This document shows, piece after piece, positions 24,982 through 32,000 of a stretch of 32,000 nt of DNA (position 1 is the first letter of the stretch; every line of letters begins with the position of its first letter). The translations under genes were made by a program, and so were the position numbers. The notes beneath the pieces are model-generated. The model ran no database searches and was not told where the DNA came from. It was given only the letters and a program-made list of their open reading frames with translations. The DNA is taken from contig CP001848.1 in NCBI GenBank assembly GCA_000025185.1, positions 2,670,001 through 2,702,000 of the forward strand. Direction: 5' to 3'. Source of the stretch: Pirellula staleyi DSM 6068 (GTDB taxonomy: Bacteria; Planctomycetota; Planctomycetia; Pirellulales; Pirellulaceae).

Positions 24982-25445
24982 TGCAAATACTCCAATACAA
25001 AAAATAAATACTCGAATGTCGGTCCAACGGAACGTCGGGAAAGGCCCATCAGTCGCGCGTGCAAAAAACGAAATCGCTAACGGTTACGCACGCATTTGGC
25101 CCGACAAAAAGAAGGCATAAAAAACAACGGCTGCATTTAGCAGGCGAGCAGGAGGAGAAACATCGAAGTCTTCCTAAGGGCCCCGAAATCAGTTCCGGAT
25201 GGCGAAGACCAACGTTTCAGGCGTGACATTCAACTAGAGCCATCATCAAAAAGTTGACAGCTCAACGTCACCGTTTCTCAGGCCACAGCACTTGCCAGTT
25301 ACAACAAGTAACTGATGAAGGCTTGGCGAAAAACTGCTCGGCAGCTCGTTCTCACACGCACATTATTCTTGATTCGCGCGGAAAGTCAAACAAATTGCGG
25401 TCCCTCGCATACGAAAATCTTTCGGCGCTACGATTGCCCATGCAG

Positions 25446-25457
25446 GTTGCTAGCAAC
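25446..25457. repeat. perfect 12-bp palindrome GTTGCTAGCAAC
   Basis: Read directly from the sequence. The centre is GCTAGC. Confidence 0.9.
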
Positions 25458-25498
25458 TGGTGAAACTGTAACGCTAGCAGAAGATCCTCCGAGATGGC

Positions 25499-25524
25499 TA
25501 AACCTTGCTATTTCGCAAGGTTTA
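25499..25524. other. hairpin: 10-bp perfect stem TAAACCTTGC / GCAAGGTTTA with a 6-nt loop
   Basis: Read directly from the sequence. No flanking T-run, so it is not a classic terminator. Confidence 0.85.
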
Positions 25525-25553
25525 CGTTCATTCGTGCGGTCGACAGAACCTAG

Positions 25554-25573
25554 GTTTTTGGCTAGCCAAAAAC
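25554..25573. repeat. perfect 20-bp palindrome GTTTTTGGCTAGCCAAAAAC
   Basis: Read directly from the sequence; the reverse complement of 25554-25563 equals 25564-25573. The centre is GCTAGC. Confidence 0.9.
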
Positions 25574-25887
25574 AGATCGGCCTGTGGGCTTAAGGTGAAT
25601 GGAAGGGCCAAAATAGGCTTCCTAGTGGGCCCCCTTGACACCCTCTCTTCACAATCTTGCCCCACCCCTAGAGGCGGATTGCCGCACGGGGCTTGACGCT
25701 GGGCTGGTTCGCGTGGAATTTCCCACCCCAGATTCCTCCCGCACCCGCTAGACGAGCTTCGCTCCTCCGCACAAACTGCACGACCCACAAACCTACTCCC
25801 CCTTGACACTTTTTCCGCCGGGAATGTTCAGGTTTCGAGAAGGTGGACACTTGGGAAATGGGACGAAACCTCGCTGGAGCCAAAAAA

Positions 25888-26337
25888 ATGTTCGAAAAAG
25901 GGGAAAACGCCTGGCTCCAGCGCCAAATCACACTGACGCCCCGTCGGCGTGGCTTTCACCTGGTTACCAGTGAGATTGAAGCTGCGATTCCCGAACTAGC
26001 CGACTTCTCGGTGGGACTCGCTAACTTGTTCTTACTCCATACCTCGGCATCACTTACGATCAACGAAAATGCCGACGTCGATGTCCGGACCGATCTCGAA
26101 ACGGCGTTCTCGGCCATTGCCCCCGAGAAATTCCCCTACGTGCACACCATGGAAGGGCCCGACGATATGCCAGCCCACGTGAAGGCATCGCTGCTGGGAT
26201 GTTCGCTCACTATTCCGATTGCTCGGGGCGAACTAGTGCTCGGAACGTGGCAAGGGATCTACCTTTGCGAGCATCGCAACCGTGGTGGGGCACGGCGGCT
26301 GGTGGTGACCCTGCAGGGGCTCGTTAGCGACGCGTAG
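25888..26337 (+). CDS. yjbQ: YjbQ/UPF0047 family protein (secondary thiamine-phosphate synthase-like)
   Basis: Family motifs: FHLVTSEI, GLANLFLLHTSASLTINENADVDVRTDLE, HTMEGPDDMPAHVKASLLG.SLTIPI..G.LVLGTWQGIYLCEHR. ATG at 25888 gives the typical ~149 aa length. Confidence 0.85.
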   Translation: MFEKGENAWLQRQITLTPRRRGFHLVTSEIEAAIPELADFSVGLANLFLLHTSASLTINENADVDVRTDLETAFSAIAPEKFPYVHTMEGPDDMPAHVKASLLGCSLTIPIARGELVLGTWQGIYLCEHRNRGGARRLVVTLQGLVSDA

Positions 26338-27433
26338 CCTGTCCTCGGGCCAGTTTGGTCGTCAGCCCACTAGTTGAGCCGGTCCACCACTCTGCCAGCC
26401 CGGTGAGGTTTACGTTCCCGTCGATGTGCGTTTCCGCATCGATCGCCAGATCGACCAGGTCGGCTGCCAGCTCAGGCTGAGGTCCGAGGGTGCGATAGAG
26501 CTTCTGCACGGCGCTCGTAAGCTCGTGGTCTCGTTCTTCGATCGCTGGCTCGGTGCCGGTGGTGGCAGCGTAAAGGAATCCTCGATACAGCTGCTGAGCC
26601 ATCTCGAGCACTTGTTTCATACGAGCCCGCTTGGCAGGGGACTCTTTGCCCGCTGCTTCCACAAACTGGCTCACCATTTTGGCGACCCCGAGCGTTTCGA
26701 GCGGCAGCGTCGAAAGTTTGGCGAGCAGATCACGGCGAAACTCGAGCACCCCTTCGCCCAGCAGCAAAATCGCCTGCTGCATGCTCCCCGCTGAGAGTCC
26801 GGCGATCTTGGCCGCCAGTTCCGGGGAATCGCACAGCTGATGCCGCACCAGCAAATCGGCGATGGAGGTCTCGTGGAGCCGCGACATTCGAATAATCTGA
26901 CAGCGCGACCGAATTGTGGGCAATTGACGCTGCTCGCTAGTCCCCAAGAGCATCAGCACGGAACGTGGCGGCGGCTCTTCGAGGGTCTTGAGCAGAGCGT
27001 TCGCCCCTTCTTTGTTCAGGTAGTCGGCGTCGTCGATAATCGCGATCTTGCGACCACCATCGCGCGGCCGCAGCGACAGGTCGTAGCAAAGTCCGGCCCG
27101 CATGCGGTGTTCTTTGTCGCCGATCAGCAGTTCCAGCGGAATAAACGCTTTGTCGGCTGGTTTGCTGATCACCTGCAAATCGGTATGGCTCAGCGAATCG
27201 ACCTGCAGACAGTCGGGGCAGCGACCACACGCCTTGAGTCTTCCGTCAGGCGAATGTTTGCAGAGCAACGCTTTGGCGAGCTGGATGGCAAAGGTCCGTT
27301 TGCCAATGCCGGATGGGCCGACGAGCAAGAAGGTGCTGGCCATGCGACCGCCGGCAAGCATGGCCTCGAAACGGGACACCACGTCGAGGTGCCCCACCAC
27401 ACCGTGCCAGCTACCTTGGGGGGAATCACTCAT
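26324..27433 (-). CDS. holB: DNA polymerase III subunit delta prime
   Basis: The start MSDSPQ... uses ATG at 27433-27431. Motifs: LLVGPSGIGKRTFA (P-loop), CGRCPDC (zinc module), KIAIIDDADYLN..ANALLKTLEEPP, TIRSRCQ. Its ATG overlaps the tmk TGA (ATGA at 27430-27433). Confidence 0.85.
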   Translation of the reverse strand: MSDSPQGSWHGVVGHLDVVSRFEAMLAGGRMASTFLLVGPSGIGKRTFAIQLAKALLCKHSPDGRLKACGRCPDCLQVDSLSHTDLQVISKPADKAFIPLELLIGDKEHRMRAGLCYDLSLRPRDGGRKIAIIDDADYLNKEGANALLKTLEEPPPRSVLMLLGTSEQRQLPTIRSRCQIIRMSRLHETSIADLLVRHQLCDSPELAAKIAGLSAGSMQQAILLLGEGVLEFRRDLLAKLSTLPLETLGVAKMVSQFVEAAGKESPAKRARMKQVLEMAQQLYRGFLYAATTGTEPAIEERDHELTSAVQKLYRTLGPQPELAADLVDLAIDAETHIDGNVNLTGLAEWWTGSTSGLTTKLARGQATRR

Positions 27434-28053
27434 CGCAGCGGCTCGCGGGCAAGCAGAAGTGGCTCGACAGCCGCCACCACATCGGCGTGCACAGCCTGCG
27501 GGTCGCGCGCGGCATCGATTGCGCGAATGGTCTGCGGATCGCGCTCGGCTTCGAGCAAAAAGCCTTGCCGGACACGTTCGAGGTAGGCCAGCCCCTGCGA
27601 TTCCATTCGGTCGTGCGCCCGGGCGATGCGCTTCGATGCCTCGGCCGCTGGCATATCCAGCAGCAGAACGCGGGCTGGCATCATGCCGCCGACCGCCACT
27701 TTTCCAACCGTCCAAACATCGTCGGCCACCAGTCCCCCGGCATGTGCTTGGTAGACCGCAGTCGCTAGCAGAAACCGGTCGCTAATCACCACTTTTCCAG
27801 CCTCGAGCGCCGGGCGGATCACCTCTTCGACGAGCTGAGCCCGCGAGGCCATGAACAGCAGCATTTCGCTACGTCGGTGGATCGGCGTTTCATGATCGTC
27901 GAGCAAGATCGAGCGGAGCTTCTCGCCGAGTGGTGTTCCCCCAGGATCGCGGCAGACAACCACTTCCAGCGACCGCGCGGCAAGCCACTCGGCCAGGAGG
28001 CGAATTTGTGTCGATTTGCCGGCGCCATCGACGCCATCGAAACTGAGGAACAT
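27430..28053 (-). CDS. tmk: thymidylate kinase
   Basis: Motifs: MFLSFDGVDGAGKSTQ (P-loop), RDPGGTPLGEKLR, DRF..AT.AYQ. The 207-aa length is typical. Confidence 0.95.
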   Translation of the reverse strand: MFLSFDGVDGAGKSTQIRLLAEWLAARSLEVVVCRDPGGTPLGEKLRSILLDDHETPIHRRSEMLLFMASRAQLVEEVIRPALEAGKVVISDRFLLATAVYQAHAGGLVADDVWTVGKVAVGGMMPARVLLLDMPAAEASKRIARAHDRMESQGLAYLERVRQGFLLEAERDPQTIRAIDAARDPQAVHADVVAAVEPLLLAREPLR

Positions 28054-28116
28054 GAGGGAGCAAGGGCTTAGGATCGAGGGACTCGAGACTCGCGAGAAAC
28101 AGCCGGGGCAAACACC

Positions 28117-29115
28117 CTAGGCGTTCGTGGCCCCATCGTTATACAGGGAAAGCATGCCGGTGGCACGGCGGCAGATCATCTCCCGCAGGTCTGTCGGAGA
28201 AATCACCTTCACCTGATCGCCATAACCCATCACCCACCAGCTGATTTCGCTCAGTCCCGAAACCTGCACCCGGTAGTCGAGCCAGCCATCTTCAGTAAAC
28301 GAAATCTGCTGAGTCCGGTGCCAAATCACTTCGGCGACGTTCTTCGCCACACGCGGGCTAAAGCGCAAATGGACTTCGTGGTCGGGACCCGGTTCGGGAA
28401 TCAGCCGCCAGGCATTTCCCAGGTACCGCTCGAGGGAAAACGACTTAGGAACTTCGTACGGAGTATCCAGCATGGCAAGGCTGTCGATACGTCCCACGTT
28501 GAACGTCCGGACCTCGCGATGCAAACTCGAGCGGCCAATCACGTACCAGCTGTGTTGATTGAACAGCAGTTGGTAGGGCTCGAGCTTGGTCTCGATATGC
28601 TCTTTCTCGTGCAAACTTCGGTACGCAATCCGGACGGCATGCCGCTGGCCAATCGCCTCCACCAGTTCGGCGTAGGTTCCCTGCTGACCCTCCAGGGGAT
28701 TGGTCGCATCGAGCTTGATCGAAAGTGCGCCCGACAGATTCCGAAGATACTCGAGCAATCGCCGTGGCAGGCTTGTTTCGAGTTTCGCAGCAGCTGAACG
28801 AGCGGCGGCAAAGAGAGGGATCTTATGCTGATCCCCGAGTTCGTGGCACAGCACGAGCATGGCAATGGCTTCGTCGGCCGTGAAGTTCGTCGGGGGGAGA
28901 AAAAACTGCCCCGGAATGCGATAGGTCTTCCGCTCTTCGTCGTAGACCAGCGGAACTTCCGCTTCTCGTAAGTCTTCGAGATAGCGGAAAATGGTGCGAG
29001 TACTGACTTCACAAGCACGAGCCAGGGCCGGGGCGTTATAGCCTTGCGACCCTTGGAGCAGGCCGATCAGTTTAACGATCCGCCTGATTCGTGTAAGGAC
29101 AGTCGACTCACTCAC
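28117..29115 (-). CDS. WYL-domain transcriptional regulator (HTH - WYL - C-terminal extension, YafY/PafBC-like architecture)
   Basis: N-terminal HTH: RIRRIVKLIGLLQGSQGYNAPALARACEVSTRTIFRYLEDLREAEVPL. WYL-type region: VRIAYRSL...EPYQLLFNQHSWYVIGRSSLHREVRTFNVGRI. The GTG start at 29115-29113 overlaps the upstream gene's stop. Confidence 0.8.
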   Translation of the reverse strand: MSESTVLTRIRRIVKLIGLLQGSQGYNAPALARACEVSTRTIFRYLEDLREAEVPLVYDEERKTYRIPGQFFLPPTNFTADEAIAMLVLCHELGDQHKIPLFAAARSAAAKLETSLPRRLLEYLRNLSGALSIKLDATNPLEGQQGTYAELVEAIGQRHAVRIAYRSLHEKEHIETKLEPYQLLFNQHSWYVIGRSSLHREVRTFNVGRIDSLAMLDTPYEVPKSFSLERYLGNAWRLIPEPGPDHEVHLRFSPRVAKNVAEVIWHRTQQISFTEDGWLDYRVQVSGLSEISWWVMGYGDQVKVISPTDLREMICRRATGMLSLYNDGATNA

Positions 29116-31465
29116 TGGTGCCTTCGTCGTACGAAGCGGGACGAACTTGCGAATCGCGACGCGAACTTGTCGAGTTGCCCCGCAGTGGGTTGCTCGTGTT
29201 GCTCGAAGCGACCGACGACGAGCGTGGAGCAGCTGTTGCCGGACCAGTTGTAATCGGAGTTGGTCGAGCAGCCACCTGCGACTCGCGACGAGGTGCCATC
29301 ACCGCTTCGCTCGAGACCACTTTGGCCTTAGGCATCGTGCTGCGAGCTTCGGGCATCATCGGTTCCACTTCAGGGGTGGGAACTTCTTCGCTCTTGGGCA
29401 TGGCTGGCGTCGGTTCTGGAGTGGGGAGTTCTTCGTAGTACTCTTCGCCAGGAACTTGCAGCTGCATTCCTTCGATCGAAGGAGCCATCGATTCACCTGG
29501 TCCACGGCTGATCACGCTAGGACGGGTCCAGCCGTAGTCCATGTACAGGGCGGCATCACGTTCACGAGCTCGGCCAGTCGCATCCCAGTAGGCTTTGTCC
29601 GGCCAAGGGCCTTCTTCGAATGCAACGCCATTGTAATCCATGATCGAACCCTTGCGAGTGTGCACGTCGGCAATCGACTTGTTGTATTCGCACACAGCCG
29701 ACCAGAACGCTGCTTGACCTTGAGCACGACGACGTTGAGCTTCGAGCACCAGATCGAGCGGAGCTTTACCGCCACGATAGAGGGCTTCGACCGATTCGAC
29801 TTCTTTCTGCGAAGCGGCCCAGCGATTGGCGTTAGTTTGAGCCAATTGATAGTTCGCGTCGAGGTTACGAATAGCGCGGGTCAAACCGTGCGAAACGTCG
29901 AGTTCCATATCTTCGAGCAACGCTTGTTCGCGAGCCAGACGGAGCTGAGCATGGCGGACACCGGCGAGTTCACGACGGAAGCCGACAGGCATTGCATAGC
30001 TGAAGAACAAACCCCATTCCTGATAGTTGCCTTCGGTCAGTTCGTCCATGGCGGTCGAACCGACAGCTGGATAGTTCAGACCGTTGCGATCGGCGTTGAT
30101 CAGATCGTCGCCCAGACCAACCCATCGGTACATGGCACCGACGTCGAGCTGTGGCAGGAGCTGATTGCGAGCCCAGATCACTTCCAGTTCGCGTTGCTTG
30201 ATTTCCCAACGTTTGCCGATGAGTTCTGGTCGGCGAGCAATCGACTCGACGAGGATTTCGTTCCAGTCGAAGTTCACCTGAGCCAGGGTGGGCTCATCCT
30301 TCGGACGAATCAGGCGACCATCGGTGGCCGACAGACCCATCAGCAGGCGGAGTTCGTTTTCGTTGTTGTAGAGTTCGCGGAGAGCAGCTTCGACTTGGGC
30401 GCGGAAAGCAAAGTATTGTTCGCGAGCCTGTGCCTCTTGCTGAACAGGTTCGGTACCAGCTTGCCATTTGTCGTAGATGATGCGCCAGGTGACGAGCGAG
30501 CTATCACGACCAACCTTCGCGGTTTCGAGGTTGCGATAAGCGAGGTAGAGATCCCAGTAGCGGGTTTCGATGTTGTTGAGCATGTCTTGCAAGTTGGCCT
30601 GCAAGCTGCGGATTTCGATGTCGGTGCCGATACGAGCGATCGTCACAGGCATGCGATTGATCAGAGCACCACGACCACGGAGCAGCGGGTGACGAGCTTC
30701 GACTTCGAAGGCGGTGGTCCAAGTGCTTTCGAGTGGCTGAAAGCCGAGAGGACGGGTGAAGCCGCGGCTGTAGTTCGTGACGTTACGGAAAGCGAAGGTG
30801 GTGCCTTCAGCGGTCCGCTTCGAAACTTGCGAGGTGAGACCACCCGAGGTGGTTTCGACCTGTGGCAAACCGAACGCTTGTCCGGGGGGGATGTTTTGGG
30901 GGCGATCGCTGTGGCTGGCGATGGCACCGTTGCCGTCGTTGCCGACCACGCTCACCTGGGCATCGAATTCCGACAGAGCAGCTTCCACACCTTGGCGAAC
31001 GCCAGCGACACCCGCGTCGGTGCTTGGTCCGCTCGCCGAGTTGCCAGGGTTGCTTTCGGTGATGGCTGGGTCGTAGGTCGAAGCAAAAGCTCGGCTCACG
31101 CTGTTGAGTGTCAGCGAGCCTTCACCCGTGCCAGCGACTAGCTGACCACTCTGCAAGCGGACAGCTGTGCCGCCGCGAATGATTTTGCTGTTGGCCAGCG
31201 AGATTGAAACCACTTCCTCGAGCGAGAGTTCCCAAATTTCTTTGAACTCGGGATTGCTCAAGGTGAGCGGCTTCTCGGCGTGCTGCACTTCCGCCAGAGG
31301 CATCTGATCGACGTCAGGATGCTCCGTTTGGGTCGCCTTGTCGAGGAAGTGCGACATGTCGCCATCCTCGTGCAGGTAGAACGGTTGCGTTGGATGGCAA
31401 CCTGTCGCCCAAATGAGGAGACCGACTAAGAAGCAACGCAGGATGTGTGTTAACGGCCGGCTCAT
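29108..31465 (-). CDS. TolC-family outer-membrane efflux/secretion protein (lipoprotein-type signal) with disordered C-terminal tail
   Basis: N-terminus: CFLVGLLIWATGC (lipobox-like). There are two OEP-type repeats (LSLEEVVSISLANS..., IETRYWDLYLAYRNLE, ARRPELIGKRWEIKQRELEV, LDLVLEAQRRRAQGQAAFWSAVCEYNKSIADV). The last ~135 aa are Pro/Ser/Glu-rich. Confidence 0.85.
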   Translation of the reverse strand: MSRPLTHILRCFLVGLLIWATGCHPTQPFYLHEDGDMSHFLDKATQTEHPDVDQMPLAEVQHAEKPLTLSNPEFKEIWELSLEEVVSISLANSKIIRGGTAVRLQSGQLVAGTGEGSLTLNSVSRAFASTYDPAITESNPGNSASGPSTDAGVAGVRQGVEAALSEFDAQVSVVGNDGNGAIASHSDRPQNIPPGQAFGLPQVETTSGGLTSQVSKRTAEGTTFAFRNVTNYSRGFTRPLGFQPLESTWTTAFEVEARHPLLRGRGALINRMPVTIARIGTDIEIRSLQANLQDMLNNIETRYWDLYLAYRNLETAKVGRDSSLVTWRIIYDKWQAGTEPVQQEAQAREQYFAFRAQVEAALRELYNNENELRLLMGLSATDGRLIRPKDEPTLAQVNFDWNEILVESIARRPELIGKRWEIKQRELEVIWARNQLLPQLDVGAMYRWVGLGDDLINADRNGLNYPAVGSTAMDELTEGNYQEWGLFFSYAMPVGFRRELAGVRHAQLRLAREQALLEDMELDVSHGLTRAIRNLDANYQLAQTNANRWAASQKEVESVEALYRGGKAPLDLVLEAQRRRAQGQAAFWSAVCEYNKSIADVHTRKGSIMDYNGVAFEEGPWPDKAYWDATGRARERDAALYMDYGWTRPSVISRGPGESMAPSIEGMQLQVPGEEYYEELPTPEPTPAMPKSEEVPTPEVEPMMPEARSTMPKAKVVSSEAVMAPRRESQVAARPTPITTGPATAAPRSSSVASSNTSNPLRGNSTSSRRDSQVRPASYDEGTSE

Positions 31466-32000
31466 CGATTTCGCATTCCTGAAGAGTAGCGTGCGTGAGG
31501 TAGTTCGCAGCTACAGCCGCGGGATCGGTCAGGCAAAGCCCACTGCATCGCGAGGGTCTCGCAGGCTCGCCGGGCAATCGACCTGCAACTGCTCGAGAGC
31601 AGCGGCGAGTCGTGTTGTCCGTGCGGAGTTGCTGTGAAGCACTCGCGACGATCAGTTCCAAATTGTTCAGGCCCCCCTGAACGATCCCACTGCTAGCGAG
31701 CGACTACCTAGGTAGCCTCTCTCTGGGCATAGAAATCGGTAGCCTCAATATCGTCCTCCTAACCGGCAAACTTTGAGGAAACGTCATAATCCGAATAGTT
31801 TTCTGGATCGGTAAAGTTTGCGCAGATTTCCTGGTTGGGGGCTCGAAGTTGGGTTTGCGAGGTCTGCAAAGAATGGGTGGATAGCGGGTGCTCGCTTGGC
31901 GTGCAAACGGGCTGATTGGCCCGTCGATCCTTGCGAGCACTAATGAAAGTGGCTTCTACAAAAAAGTGAAGCCATGGGCCATGTCGAACGCCAGCTGGCC

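Noticed and set aside
25378-25620. RNase P RNA-like strings: GGAAAGTCA (about 25382), CGACAGAACC (25541-25550), AAGGTGAATGG (about 25592), GGCCAAAATAGG (about 25606).
   Set aside because: The order is not collinear with bacterial RNase P RNA, where ACAGAA-CCGGCUUA must be near the 3' end, after the GGCCAAAUAGG region. The GGAAAGUCC match is imperfect, the spacing is far too short, and no GGUAAGAGC element is present. These are probably chance matches. An Rfam scan would settle it.
25254-25931. Small ORFs (69-93 aa, both strands) inside the palindrome-rich intergenic region.
   Set aside because: They have poor codon usage and no ribosome-binding sites or motifs, they overlap one another, and the region is AT-richer than coding DNA here.
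27434-27715. N-terminal extension of holB (ORF-track 463-aa version) running into tmk.
   Set aside because: The extension is Arg/Ala/Gly-rich junk overlapping the tmk coding region. The internal start MSDSPQ forms a classic ATGA stop-start overlap with tmk and gives a normal delta-prime length.
26324-31465. Reading the WYL regulator (or the Hsp70 paralogue at 7918-9633) as part of an anti-phage defence island.
   Set aside because: No nuclease, NTPase, methylase, TIR/SIR2, cyclase, integrase or other defence-type or mobile genes are adjacent. The neighbours are housekeeping genes (tmk, holB) and an OMP, so a defence-system call is not supported.

Overview
The window looks like a chromosomal segment from a Planctomycetota-type genome. 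This is inferred from DUF1501, DUF1549/DUF1553 and PSCyt1 family genes, Pro/Ala/Gln-rich tails on envelope proteins, and many long antisense shadow ORFs. I call 24 protein-coding genes. I found no rRNA, tRNA, CRISPR array, transposase or integrase.

Gene order:
- 1-4902: part of a Tad/Flp pilus locus (TadE-like, cpaB, cpaC secretin, cpaE/tadZ-like).
- 5044-14032: a mixed block. It holds a secreted protein with two SPOR-like repeats, rdgB, DUF2237, a small membrane protein, a non-canonical Hsp70 paralogue, a secreted hypothetical, a PmoA-family (DUF6807) protein, a DUF1851/Tdi1-like protein, a small hypothetical and csrA.
- 14033-14854: an 822-bp gap with no credible ORF.
- 14855-24398: four co-directional exported proteins. 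They are TAT-DUF1501, a double-PPC-domain protein, a Big2-DUF1549-DUF1553 protein, and a PSCyt1-WD40 protein with a TolA-like Ala/Lys/Glu tail. The block ends at a clear intrinsic terminator.
- 24757-24981: a small acidic orphan protein, followed by a roughly 900-bp palindrome-rich intergenic region.
- 25888-26337: yjbQ.
- 31465 down to 26324 on the minus strand: TolC-like outer-membrane protein, WYL-domain regulator, tmk, holB, with overlapping gene junctions.

The best candidate for an undescribed system is the four-gene exported cluster at 14855-24398. All of its domains belong to families with no experimentally defined function. Function calls rest on motif recognition by eye; no database search was possible.
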